NCBI RefSeq assembly: GCF_009914755.1
Contig: NC_060933.1
DNA: 64,000 bases
DNA from: the human T2T-CHM13v2.0 reference genome, Homo sapiens
Reading direction: 5' to 3' (one strand)
Part shown: positions 44,001 to 58,400 of the stretch, piece after piece
How positions within the stretch are numbered: position 1 is the stretch's first letter
How the letters are laid out: each line of letters begins with the position of its first letter
Position numbers and translations under genes: made by a program
Notes under the pieces: model-generated
What the model saw: the letters and a program-made list of their open reading frames with translations, nothing else
The model's database searches: none
What the model was told of the DNA's origin: nothing

Positions 44001-45985
44001 ATTCCATTCCATTCCATTCCATTCCATTGTACTCGGGTTGATTCCATTCCATTGCATTCCATTCCATTCCATTCCGTTGCATTCCATTCCATTACATTCG
44101 GATTGATTCTATTCAACTCCCTTACTCTCCATTACATTCCATTCCATTCGGGTTGTTCCATTCCATTCCATTCCATTCCACTCCATTCCATTGCACTCGG
44201 ATTGATTCCATTCCATTCCATTCCATTCAATTCCATTCCATTCCGGACGATTCCATTCCATTGCATTCCGTTCCATTACATTCCCCTGCACTCGGGTTGA
44301 TTCCATTCCATTCCATTCCATTCCTTTCGATTCCATTCCATTCCAATTCTTTCCATTCCATTCTATTCCGTACCATTCCATTCCATTCCATACAATTCCA
44401 TTCCATTCCATTCCACTCCGTTCCGTTCCGTTCCGTTCCGTTCCGTTCCGTTCCATTCCATTCCATTCCATTCTATTCGGTTTAATTCCATTCCATTCCA
44501 TTCCATTCCATTCCATTCTATTCCATTCCATTGCAATCGAGTTGAATCCATTGCATTCTATTCCATTCCATTCCATTCCATTCCGGAAGATTCCATTCCA
44601 TTGCATTCCATTCCATTCCATTCCATTCCATTCCGTTCCATTCCATTCCATTACATTCGGATTGATTCTTTTCAACTCCCTTACTCTCCATTACATTCCA
44701 TTCCATTCGGGTTGTTCCATTCAATTCCATTCCATTCCACTCCATTCCATTGCACTCGGGTTGATTCCATTCCATTCCATTCCATTCCATTCCGGATGAT
44801 TCCATTCCATTGCATTCCGTTCCATTACATTCCCCTGCACTCGGGTTGATTCCATTCCATTCCATTCCATTCCATTCGATTCCATTCCATTCCCCTGCAC
44901 TCGCGTTGATTCCATTCCATTCCATTCCATTCCATTCCATTCCATTCCATTCCTTTCCGTTCCAGTCTTTTCCATTCCATTCCACTCGGGTTGATTCCAT
45001 TCTATTAGTTTCCATTCCATTCCATTCCCTTCCATTCGACTCTGGTTGATTCCATTCCTTTCCATTCCACTCGAATACATTCCCTCCTATTCCACTCGGA
45101 ACGATTCCATTCCATTCCATTCCATTCCATTTCGTTCCATTCCATTCTATTCCGTATCATTCCATTCCATTCCATTCCATTGTACTCGGGTTGATTCCAT
45201 TCCATTGCATTCCATTCCATTCCATTCCATTCCATTCCGTTGCATTCCATTCCATTACATTCGGATTGATTCTATTCAACTCCCTTACTCTCCATTACAT
45301 TCCATTCCATTTGGGTTGTTCCATTCCATTCCATTCCATTCCACTCCATTCCATTGCACTCGGGTTGATTCCATTCCATTCCATTCCATTCCATTCCATT
45401 CCATTCCGGATGATTCCATTCCATTGCATTCCGTTCCATTACATTCCCCTGCACTCGCGTTGATTCCATTCCATTCCATTCCATTCCATTCAATTCCATT
45501 CCATTACAATTCGTTCCATTCCATTCTATTCCGTACCATTCCATTCCATTCCATACCATTCCATTCCATTCCATTCCATTCCATTCCATTCCGTTCCATT
45601 CCGTTCCATTCCATTCCATTCCATTCTATTCGGGTTAATTCCATTCCATTCCATTCCATTCCATTCCATTCCATTCCATTCTATTCCATTCCATTGCAAT
45701 CGAGTTGAATCAATTGCATTTCATTCCATTCCATTCCATTCCGGAAGATTCCATTCCATTGCATTCCATTCCATTCCATTCCCCTGCACTCGCGTTGATT
45801 CCATTCCATTCCATTCCATTCCATTCCATCCATTGCGTTCCGTTCCGTTCCATTCCACTCCATTCCATTCCGTTCCGTTCCATTCCATTCCATTCCATTC
45901 TATTCGGGTTAATTCCATTCCATTCCATTCGATTGCAATCGAGTTGATTCCATTCCATTCCATTCCATTCCATTCCATTCCATTC
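35030..45985 (+). repeat. Tandem duplication of ~5.4 kb: copy 1 ~35030-40470, copy 2 ~40470-45985
   Basis: ORF pairs at offsets 5440 (35069/40509), 5430 (35828/41258), 5445 (38007/43452), 5450 (38485/43935), 5410 (39400/44810), 5395 (39796/45191) and 5400 (40305/45705). Private markers ACCAATTTTTT (36361/41791), GATTCAATTGATT (37196/42631) and ACTCTTTTTG (38311/43756). Confidence 0.92.
44419..44454 (+). repeat. (CGTTC)7 variant microsatellite / CpG cluster (paralogue (CGTTC)6 at 38969-38998)
   Basis: Direct read: CpG at 44419, 44424, 44429, 44434, 44439, 44444 and 44449. Confidence 0.9.
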
Positions 45986-48900
45986 CTTTCCGTTCCATTC
46001 CATTCCATTCCATTCCATTCCAATCCATTCTATTCCGTTCCGTTCCGTTCCATTCCATTCCATTCCATTCTATTTGGGTTAATTCCATTCCATTCCATTC
46101 GATTGCAATCGAGTTCATTCCATTCCATTCTATTCCATTCCATTCCATTCCTTTCCATTCCATTACGGATGATTCCATTCCATTGCATTCCATTCCATTC
46201 CATTCCCCTGTACTCGGGTTGATTCCATTCCATTCCATTCCAGTCCATGCCATTCCACTCGTGTTGATTCCATTCTTTCCATTCCATTCAAGTTGAATCC
46301 ATTCCATTGCATTCCATTCCATTCCATTACCCTGCAGTCGGGTTGATTCCATTCCATTCCATTCCTTTCCATTCCATTCCATTCCATTCCATTCTTTCCG
46401 TTCCGTTCCATTCCATTCCATTCTATTCGGGTTAATTCCATTCCATTCCATTCCATTCCATTCCAATCGAGTTGATTCCATTCCATTCCATTCCATTCCA
46501 TTCCACTCCATTCCAGTCCTTTCCATTCCATTCCACTCGCGTTGATTCCAATGTATTCCTTTCCATTCCATTCCATTCCATTGCATTCGAGTTGATTCCA
46601 TTGCTTTGCATTCCATTCCATTCCATTCCATTCCGGGTGATTCCATTCCATTGCATTCCATTCCATTCCATTCCCCTGCACTCGGGTTGATTCCATTCCA
46701 TTCCACTCCATTCCGTTCCATTCCATTACATTCCATTGTATTCGGGTTAATTCCATTCCATTCCATTCCATTCCATTCCATTCCATTACATTCCATTACA
46801 ATCGAGTTGATTGCATTCCATTCCATTCCATTCCAGTCCTTTCCATTCCATTCCACTCGGGTTGATTCCATTCTATTAGTTTCCATTCCATTCCATTCCC
46901 TTCCATTCCACTCTGCTTGATACCATTCCTTTCCATTCCACTCGAACACATTCCCTCCTATTCCACTCGGAACGATTCCATTCCATTCCATTCCATTCCA
47001 TTCCAATCCATTCCATTCCATTCCGTTCCAATCCATTCTATTCCGTATCATTCCATTCCATTCCATTCCATTCCATTCCATTCCATTCCATTTTACTCGG
47101 GTTGATTCAATTCCATTGCATTCCATTCCATTCCATTCCATTCCATTCCATTCCGTTGCATTCCATTCCATTACATTCGGATTGATTCTATTCAACTCCC
47201 TTACTCTCCGTTACATTCCACTCCATTCGGGTTGTTCCATTCCATTCCATTCCATTCCATTCCATTCCATTGCACTCGGGTTGATTCCATTCCATTCCAT
47301 TCCATTCCATTCCACTCCATTCCATTCCATTCCGGATGATTCCATTCCATTGCATTCCGTTCCATTACATTCCCCTGCACTCGCGTTGATTCCATTCCAT
47401 TCCATTCAATTCCATTCCATTACAATTCGTTCCATTCCATTCTATTCCGTACCATTCCATTCCATTCCATACCATTCCATTCCATTCCATTCCGTTCCAT
47501 TCCGTTCCACTCCATTCCATTCCATTCTATTCGGATTAATTCCATTCCATTCCATTCCATTCCATTCTATTCCATTCCATTGCAATCGAGTTGAATCCAT
47601 TGCATTTCATTCCATTCCATTCCATTCCACTCCATTCCGGAAGATTCCATTCCATTGCATTCCATTCCATTCCCTTCCCCTGCACTCGCGTTGATTCCAT
47701 TCCATTCCATTCCATTCCATTCCGTTCCGTTCCGTTCCATTCCATTCCATTCCATTCCATTCCATTCCATTCCGTTCCGTTCCATTCCATTCCATTCCAT
47801 TCTATTCGGGTTAATTCCATTCCATTCCATTCGATTGCAATCGAGTTGATTCCTTTCCATTCCATTCCTTTCCATTCCATTACGGATGATTCCATTCCAT
47901 TGCATTCCATTCCATTCCATTCCCCTGTACTCGGGTTGATTCCATTCCATTCCATTCCAATCCATGCCATTCCACTCGTGTTGATTCCATTCTTTCCATT
48001 CCATTCAAGTTGAATCCATTCCATTGCATTCCATTCCATTCGATTCCATTCGATTGCACTCGGGTTGATTCCATTCCATTGCATTCCATTCCATTCCATT
48101 CCATTCCATTCCATTCCATTCCGTTCCATTCCATTCCATTACATTCGGATTGATTCTATTCAATTCCCTTACACTCCATTACATTCCATTCCATTCGGGT
48201 ATTTTCCATTCCATTCCATTCCATTCCTCTCCATTCCATTGCACTCGGGTTGATTCGATTCCATTGCATTCCATTCCATTCCATTCAATTCCATTCCGTT
48301 CCATTCCATTCCATTACATTCGGATTGATTCTATTCAACTCCCTAACTCTCCATTACATTACATTCCATTCGGGTTGTGCCATTCCATTCCATTCCATTC
48401 CACTCCATTCCATTGCACTCGGGTTGATTCCATTCCATTCCATTCCATTCCATTCCATTCCGGAAGATTCCTTTCCATTGCATTCCATTCCATTCCATTC
48501 CCCTGCACTCGCGTTGATTCCATTCCATTCCATTCTATTCCATTCCATTCCCTTCCTTTCCGTTCCATTCCATTCCATTCCATTCGATTCCGTTCCGTTC
48601 CATTCCATTCCATTCCATTCCATTCGGGTTAATTCCATTCCATTCCATTCGATAGCAATCGAGTTGATTCCATTCCATTCCATTCCATTCCATTCCATTC
48701 CATTCCATTACAATCGAGTTGATTCCATTCCATTCCATTCCATTCCAGTCCTTTCCATTCCATTCCTCTCGGGTTGATTCCATTCTATTAGTTTCCATTC
48801 CATTCCATTCCCTTCCATTCCACTCTGGTTGATTCCATTCCTTTCCATTCCACTCGAATACATTCCCTCCTATTCCACTCGGAAAAATTCCTTTCCATTC

Positions 48901-51900
48901 CATTCCGTTCCATTCCATTCCATTCCATTCCATTTCGTTCCATTCCATTCTATTCCGTATCATTCCATTCCATTCCATTCCATTCCATTGTACTCGGGTT
49001 GATTCAATTCCATTGCATTCCATTCCATTCCATTCCATTCCATTCCGTTGCATTCCATTCCATTACATTCGGATTGATTCTATTCAACTCTCTTACTCTC
49101 CATTACATTCCATTCCATTCGGGTTGTTCCATTCCATTCCATTCCATTCCACTCCATTCCATTGCACTCGGGTTGATTCCATTCCATTCCATTCCATTCC
49201 ATTCCATTCCATTCCATTCCGGATGATTCCATTCCATTGCATTCCGTTCCATTACATTCCCCTGCACTCGCGTTGATTCCATTCCATTCCATTCAATTCC
49301 ATTCCATTACAATTCGTTCCATTCCATTCTATTCCGTACCATTCCATTCCATTCCATACCATTCCATTCCATTCCATTCCGTTCCATTCCGTTCCATTCC
49401 ATTCCATTCCATTCTATTCGAATTAATTCCATTCCATTCCATTCCATTCCATTCTATTCCATTCCATTGCAATCGATTTGAATCCATTGCATTTCATTCC
49501 ATTCCATTCCATTCCATTCCATTCCGGAAGATTCCATTCCATTGCATTCCATTCCATTCCATTCCCCTGCACTCGCGTTGATTCCATTCCATTCCATTCC
49601 ATTCCATTCCGTTCCGTTCCGTTCCATTCCATTCCATTCCATTCCATTCCGTTCCGTTCCATTCCACTCCATTCCATTCTATTCGGGTTAATTCCATTCC
49701 ATTCCATTCGATTGCAATCGAGTTGATTCCATTCCATTCCATTCCATTCCATTCCATTCCTTTCCATTCCATTATGGATGACTCCATTCCATTGCATTCC
49801 ATTCCATTCCATTCCCCTGTACTCGGGTTGATTCCATTCAATTCCATTCCAATCCATGCCATTCCACTCGTGTTGATTCCATTCTTTCCATTCCATTCAA
49901 GTTGAATCCATTCCATTGCATTCCATTCCATTCGATTCCATTCGATTGCACTCGGGTTGATTCCATTCCATTGCATTCCATTCCATTCCATTCCATTCCG
50001 TTCCATTCCATTCCGTTCCATTCCATTCCATTACATTCGGATTGATTCTATTCAATTCCCTTACACTCCATTACATTCCATTCCATTCGGGTAGTTTCCA
50101 TTCCATTCCATTCCATTCCTCTCTATTCCATTGAACTCGGGTTGATTCCATTCCATTGCATTCCATTCCATTCCATTCAATTCCATTCCGTCCCATTCCA
50201 TTCCATTACATTCGGATTTATTCTATTCAACTCCCTTACTCTCCATTACATTCCATTCCATTCGGGTTGTTCCATTCCATTCTATTCCATTCCACTCCAT
50301 TCCATTGCACTCGGGTTTATTCCATTCCATTCCATTCCATTCCATTCCATTCCGGAAGATTCCATTCCATTGCATTCCATTCCATTCCATTCCCCTGCAC
50401 TCGCGTTGATTCCATTCCATTCCATTCCATTCCATTCCATTCCATTCCATTCCGGATGATTCCATTCCATTGCATTCCGTTCCATTACATTCCCCTGCAC
50501 TCGCGTTGATTCCATTCCATTCCATTCCATTCCATTCAATTCCATTCCATTACAATTCGTTCCATTCCATTCTATTCCGTACCATTCCATTCCATTCCAT
50601 ACCATTCCATTCCATTCCATTCCATTCCATTCCATTCCGTTCCATTCCGTTCCATTCCATTCCATTCCATTCTATTCGGGTTAATTCCATTCCATTCCAT
50701 TCCATTCCATTCCATTCCATTCCATTCTATTCCATTCCATTGCAATCGAGTTGAATCAATTGCATTTCATTCCATTCCATTCCATTCCGGAAGATTCCAT
50801 TCCATTGCATTCCATTCCATTCCATTCCCCTGCACTCGCGTTGATTCCATTCCATTCCATTCCATTCCATTCCATCCATTGCGTTCCGTTCCGTTCCATT
50901 CCACTCCATTCCATTCCGTTCCGTTCCATTCCATTCCATTCCATTCTATTCGGGTTAATTCCATTCCATTCCATTCGATTGCAATCGAGTTGATTCCATT
51001 CCATTCCATTCCATTCCATTCCATTCCATTCCTTTCCGTTCCATTCCATTCCATTCCATTCCATTCCAATCCATTCTATTCCGTTCCGTTCCGTTCCATT
51101 CCATTCCATTCCATTCTATTTGGGTTAATTCCATTCCATTCCATTCGATTGCAATCGAGTTCATTCCATTCCATTCTATTCCATTCCATTCCATTCCTTT
51201 CCATTCCATTACGGATGATTCCATTCCATTGCATTCCATTGCATTCCATTCCCCTGTACTCGGGTTGATTCCATTCCATTCCATTCCAATCCATGCCATT
51301 CCACTCGTGTTGATTCCATTCTTTCCATTCCATTCAAGTTGAATCCATTCCATTGCATTCCATTCCATTCCATTACCCTGCAGTCGGGTTGATTCCATTC
51401 CATTCCATTCCTTTCCATTCCATTCCATTCCATTCCATTCTTTCCGTTCCGTTCCATTCCATTCCATTCTATTCGGGTTAATTCCATTCCATTCCATTCC
51501 ATTCCATTCCAATCGAGTTGATTCCATTCCATTCCATTCCATTCCATTCCACTCCATTCCAGTCCTTTCCATTCCATTCCACTCGCGTTGATTCCAATGT
51601 ATTCCTTTCCATTCCATTCCATTCCATTGCATTCGAGTTGATTCCATTGCTTTGCATTCCATTCCATTCCATTCCATTCCGGGTGATTCCATTCCATTGC
51701 ATTCCATTCCATTCCATTCCCCTGCACTCGGGTTGATTCCATTCCATTCCACTCCATTCCGTTCCATTCCATTCCATTCCATTGTATTCGGGTTAATTCC
51801 ATTCCATTCCATTCCATTCCATTCCATTCCATTCCATTCCATTACAATCGAGTTGATTGCATTCCATTCCATTCCATTCCAGTCCTTTCCATTCCATTCC

Positions 51901-54900
51901 ACTCGGGTTGATTCCATTCTATTAGTTTCCATTCCATTCCATTCCCTTCCATTCCACTCTGCTTGATACCATTCCTTTCCATTCCACTCGAACACATTCC
52001 CTCCTATTCCACTCGGAACGATTCCATTCCATTCCATTCCATTCCATTCCAATCCATTCCATTCCATTCCGTTCCAATCCATTCTATTCCGTATCATTCC
52101 ATTCCATTCCATTCCATTCCATTCCATTCCATTCCATTTTACTCGGGTTGATTCAATTCCATTGCATTCCATTCCATTCCATTCCATTCCATTCCATTCC
52201 GTTGCATTCCATTCCATTACATTCGGATTGATTCTATTCAACTCCCTTACTCTCCGTTACATTCCACTCCATTCGGGTTGTTCCATTCCATTCCATTCCA
52301 TTCCATTCCATTCCATTGCACTCGGGTTGATTCCATTCCATTCCATTCCATTCCATTCCACTCCATTCCATTCCATTCCGGATGATTCCATTCCATTGCA
52401 TTCCGTTCCATTACATTCCCCTGCACTCGCGTTGATTCCATTCCATTCCATTCAATTCCATTCCATTACAATTCGTTCCATTCCATTCTATTCCGTACCA
52501 TTCCATTCCATTCCATACCATTCCATTCCATTCCATTCCGTTCCATTCCGTTCCACTCCATTCCATTCCATTCTATTCGGATTAATTCCATTCCATTCCA
52601 TTCCATTCCATTCTATTCCATTCCATTGCAATCGAGTTGAATCCATTGCATTTCATTCCATTCCATTCCATTCCACTCCATTCCGGAAGATTCCATTCCA
52701 TTGCATTCCATTCCATTCCCTTCCCCTGCACTCGCGTTGATTCCATTCCATTGCATTCCATTCCATTCCGTTCCGTTCCGTTCCATTCCATTCCATTCCA
52801 TTCCATTCCATTCCATTCCGTTCCGTTCCATTCCATTCCATTCCATTCTATTCGGGTTAATTCCATTCCATTCCATTCGACTGCAATCGAGTTGATTCCT
52901 TTCCATTCCATTCCTTTCCATTCCATTACGGATGATTCCATTCCATTGCATTCCATTCCATTCCATTCCCCTGTACTCGGGTTGATTCCATTCCATTCCA
53001 TTCCAATCCATGCCATTCCACTCGTGTTGATTCCATTCTTTCCATTCCATTCAAGTTGAATCCATTCCATTGCATTCCATTCCATTCGATTCCATTCGAT
53101 TGCACTCGGGTTGATTCCATTCCATTGCATTCCATTCCATTCCATTCCATTCCATTCCATTCCATTCCGTTCCATTCCATTCCATTACATTCGGATTGAT
53201 TCTATTCAATTCCCTTACACTCCATTACATTCCATTCCATTCGGGTATTTTCCATTCCATTCCATTCCATTCCTCTCCATTCCATTGCACTCGGGTTGAT
53301 TCGATTCCATTGCATTCCATTCCATTCCATTCAATTCCATTCCGTTCCATTCCATTCCATTACATTCGGATTGATTCTATTCAACTCCCTAACTCTCCAT
53401 TACATTACATTCCATTCGGGTTGTGCCATTCCATTCCATTCCATTCCACTCCATTCCATTGCACTCGGGTTGATTCCATTCCATTCCATTCCATTCCATT
53501 CCATTCCGGAAGATTCCTTTCCATTGCATTCCATTCCATTCCATTCCCCTGCACTCGCGTTGATTCCATTCCATTCCATTCTATTCCATTCCATTCCCTT
53601 CCTTTCCGTTCCATTCCATTCCATTCCATTCGATTCCGTTCCGTTCCATTCCATTCCATTCCATTCCATTCGGGTTAATTCCATTCCATTCCATTCGATA
53701 GCAATCGAGTTGATTCCATTCCATTCCATTCCATTCCATTCCATTCCATTCCATTACAATCGAGTTGATTCCATTCCATTCCATTCCATTCCAGTCCTTT
53801 CCATTCCATTCCTCTCGGGTTGATTCCATTCTATTAGTTTCCATTCCATTCCATTCCCTTCCATTCCACTCTGGTTGATTCCATTCCTTTCCATTCCACT
53901 CGAATACATTCCCTCCTATTCCACTCGGAAAAATTCCTTTCCATTCCATTCCGTTCCATTCCATTCCATTCCATTCCATTTCGTTCCATTCCATTCTATT
54001 CCGTATCATTCCATTCCATTCCATTCCATTCCATTGTACTCGGGTTGATTCAATTCCATTGCATTCCATTCCATTCCATTCCATTCCATTCCGTTGCATT
54101 CCATTCCATTACATTCGGATTGATTCTATTCAACTCTCTTACTCTCCATTACATTCCATTCCATTCGGGTTGTTCCATTCCATTCCATTCCATTCCACTC
54201 CATTCCATTGCACTCGGGTTGATTCCATTCCATTCCATTCCATTCCATTCCATTCCATTCCATTCCGGATGATTCCATTCCATTGCATTCCGTTCCATTA
54301 CATTCCCCTGCACTCGCGTTGATTCCATTCCATTCCATTCAATTCCATTCCATTACAATTCGTTCCATTCCATTCTATTCCGTACCATTCCATTCCATTC
54401 CATACCATTCCATTCCATTCCATTCCGTTCCATTCCGTTCCATTCCATTCCATTCCATTCTATTCGAATTAATTCCATTCCATTCCATTCCATTCCATTC
54501 TATTCCATTCCATTGCAATCGATTTGAATCCATTGCATTTCATTCCATTCCATTCCATTCCATTCCATTCCGGAAGATTCCATTCCATTGCATTCCATTC
54601 CATTCCATTCCCCTGCACTCGCGTTGATTCCATTCCATTCCATTCCATTCCATTCCGTTCCGTTCCGTTCCATTCCATTCCATTCCATTCCATTCCGTTC
54701 CGTTCCATTCCACTCCATTCCATTCTATTCGGGTTAATTCCATTCCATTCCATTCGATTGCAATCGAGTTGATTCCATTCCATTCCATTCCATTCCATTC
54801 CATTCCTTTCCATTCCATTATGGATGACTCCATTCCATTGCATTCCATTCCATTCCATTCCCCTGTACTCGGGTTGATTCCATTCAATTCCATTCCAATC

Positions 54901-55483
54901 CATGCCATTCCACTCGTGTTGATTCCATTCTTTCCATTCCATTCAAGTTGAATCCATTCCATTGCATTCCATTCCATTCGATTCCATTCGATTGCACTCG
55001 GGTTGATTCCATTCCATTGCATTCCATTCCATTCCATTCCATTCCGTTCCATTCCATTCCGTTCCATTCCATTCCATTACATTCGGATTGATTCTATTCA
55101 ATTCCCTTACACTCCATTACATTCCATTCCATTCGGGTAGTTTCCATTCCATTCCATTCCATTCCTCTCTATTCCATTGAACTCGGGTTGATTCCATTCC
55201 ATTGCATTCCATTCCATTCCATTCAATTCCATTCCGTCCCATTCCATTCCATTACATTCGGATTTATTCTATTCAACTCCCTTACTCTCCATTACATTCC
55301 ATTCCATTCGGGTTGTTCCATTCCATTCTATTCCATTCCACTCCATTCCATTGCACTCGGGTTTATTCCATTCCATTCCATTCCATTCCATTCCATTCCG
55401 GAAGATTCCATTCCATTGCATTCCATTCCATTCCATTCCCCTGCACTCGCGTTGATTCCATTCCATTCCATTCCATTCCATTC
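45370..55483 (+). repeat. Near-perfect tandem duplication of 5046 bp: copy 1 ~45370-50437, copy 2 ~50416-55483
   Basis: Constant offset of 5046 for every ORF pair checked (45681/50727, 45909/50955, 47116/52162, 49013/54059, 50142/55188). Six substitutions found by eye and no indels. Confidence 0.95.
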
Positions 55484-58400
55484 ATTCCATTCCATTCCTT
55501 TCCATTCCATTCCATTCCATTCAATTCCTTTCCGTTCCATTCCATTCCATTCCATTCCATTCCAATCCATTCCATTCCGTTCCGTTCCGTTCCATTCCAT
55601 TCCATTCCATTCTATTCGGGTTAATTCCATTCCATTCCATTCGATTGCAATCGAGTTGATTCCGTTCCATTCCATTCCATTCCATTCCATTCCTTTCCAT
55701 TCCATTACGGATGATTCCATTCCATTGCATTCCATTCCATTCCATTCCCCTGTACTCGGGTTGATTCCATTCCATTCCATTCCAATCCATGCCATTCCAC
55801 TCGTGTTGATTCCATTCTTTCCATTCCATTCACGTTGAATCCATTCCATTGCATTCCATTCCATTCCATTCCCCTGCAGTCGGGTTGTTTCCATTCCATT
55901 TCATTCCATTCCATTCCATTCCATTCCATTCCGTTCCGTTCCTTTCCATTCCATTCCATTCTATTCGGGTTAATTCCTTTCCATTCCATTCCATTCCATT
56001 CCATTCCATTCCAATCGAGTTGATTCCATTCCATTCCTCTCCATTCCAGTCCTTTCCATTCCATTCCACTCGGGTTGATTCCAATGTATTCCTTTCCATT
56101 CCATTCCATTCCATTGCAATCTAGTTGATTCCATTGCTTTGCATGCCATTCCATTCCATTCCATTCCGGATGATTCCATTCCATTGCATTCCATTCCATT
56201 CCATTCCCCTGCACTCGGGTTGATTCCATTCCATTCCACTGCATTCCGTTCCATTCCATTCCATTCCATTGTATTCGGGTTAATTCCATTCCATTCCATT
56301 CCATTCCATTCCATTCCATTACAATCGAGTTGATTCCATTCCATTCCATTCCATTCCAGTCCTTTCCATTCCATTCCTCTAGGGTTGATTCCATTCTATT
56401 AGTTTCCATTCCATTCCATTCCCTTCCATTCCACTCTGGTTGATTCCATTCCTTTCCATTCCACTCGAATACATTCCCTCCTATTCCACTCGGAACGATT
56501 CCTTTCCATTCCATTCCATTCCATTCCATTCCATTCCATTCCATTTCATTGCATTTCATTCTATTCCGTATCATTCCATTCCATTCCATTCCATTCCATT
56601 CCATTCCATTCCATTCCATTCCATTCCATTGTACTCGGGTTGATTCAATTCCATTGCATTCCATTCCATTCCATTCCATTCCATTCCATTCCGCTGCATT
56701 CCATTCCATTACATTCGGATTGATTCTATTCAACTCCCTTACTCTCCATTATATTCCATTCCATTCGGGTTGTTCCATTCCATTCCATTTCGTTCCATTC
56801 CGTTCCATTCCATTCCATTCCATTCTATTCGAATTAATTCCGTTCCATTCCATTCCATTCCATTCTATTCCATTCCATTGCAATCGAGTTGAATCCATTG
56901 CATTTCATTCCATTCCATTCCATTCCATTCCATTCCGGAAGATTCCATTCCATTGCATTCCATTCCATTCCATTCCCCTGCACTCGCGTTGATTCCATTC
57001 CATTCCATTCCATTCCATTCCATTCTGTTCCGTTCCGTTCCGTTCCATTCCATTCCATTCCATTCCATTCCGTTCCGTTCCATTCCATTCCATTCCATTC
57101 TATTCGGGTTAATTCCATTCCATTCCATTCGATTGCAATCCAGTTGATTCCATTCCATTCCATTCCATTCCATTCCATTCCATTCCTTTCCATTCCATTA
57201 CGGATGATTTCATTCCATTGCATTCCATTCCATTCCATTCCCCTGTACTCTGGTTGATTCCATTCCATTCCATTCCAATCCATGCCATTCCACTCGTGTT
57301 GATTCCATTCTTTCCATTCCATTCAAGTTGAATCCATTCCATTGCATTCCATTCCATTCGATTCCATTCGATTGCACTCGGGTTGATTCCATTCCATTGC
57401 ATTCCATTCCATTCCATTTCATTCCGTTCCATTCCATTCCATTACATTCGGATTGATTCTATTCAACTCCCTTACTGTCCATTAGATTCCATTCCATTCG
57501 AGTTGTTCCATTCCATTCCATTCCATTCCACACGATTCCATTTCACTCGGGTTGATTCCATTCCATTCCATTCCATTCCATTCCATTCCATTCCATTCCG
57601 GAAGATTGCATTCTATTGCATTCCATTCCATTCCATTCCCCTGCACTCGCGTTGATTCCATTCCATTACATTCTATTCCATTCCATTCCCTTCCTTTCCG
57701 TTCCATTCCATTCCATTCCATTCCATTCCGTTCTGTTCCGTTCCATTCCATTCCATTCAATTCCATTCCATTCCGTTCCATTCCATTCCATTCCATTCTA
57801 TTCGGGTTAATTCCATTCCATTCCATTCGATTGCAATCAAGTTGATTCCATTCCATTCCATTCCATTCCATTCCATTCCATTCCATTCCTTTCCATTCCA
57901 TTACGGATGATTCCATTCCATTGCATTCCATTCCATTCCATTCCCCTGTACTCGGGTTGATTCCATTCCATTCCATTCCAATCCATACCATTCCACTCGT
58001 GTTGATTCCCTTCTTTCCATTCCATTCAAGTTGAATCCATTCCATTGCATTCCATTCCATTCGAATCCATTCGATTGCACTCGGGTTGATTCCATTCCAT
58101 TGCATTCCATTCCGTTCCATTTCATTCCGTTCCATTCCATTCCATTACATTCGGATTGATTCTATTCAACTCCCTTACTCTCCATTACATTCCATTCCAT
58201 TCGAGTTGTTCCATTCCATTCCATTCCATTCCATTCCATTCCACTCCATTCCATTGCACTCGGGTTGATTCCATTCCATTCCATTCCATTCCATTCCATT
58301 CCATTCCATTCCGGAAGATTCCATTCCATTGAATTCCATTCCATTCCATTCCCCTGCACTTGCGTTGATTCCATTCCATTCCATTCTATTCCATTCCATT

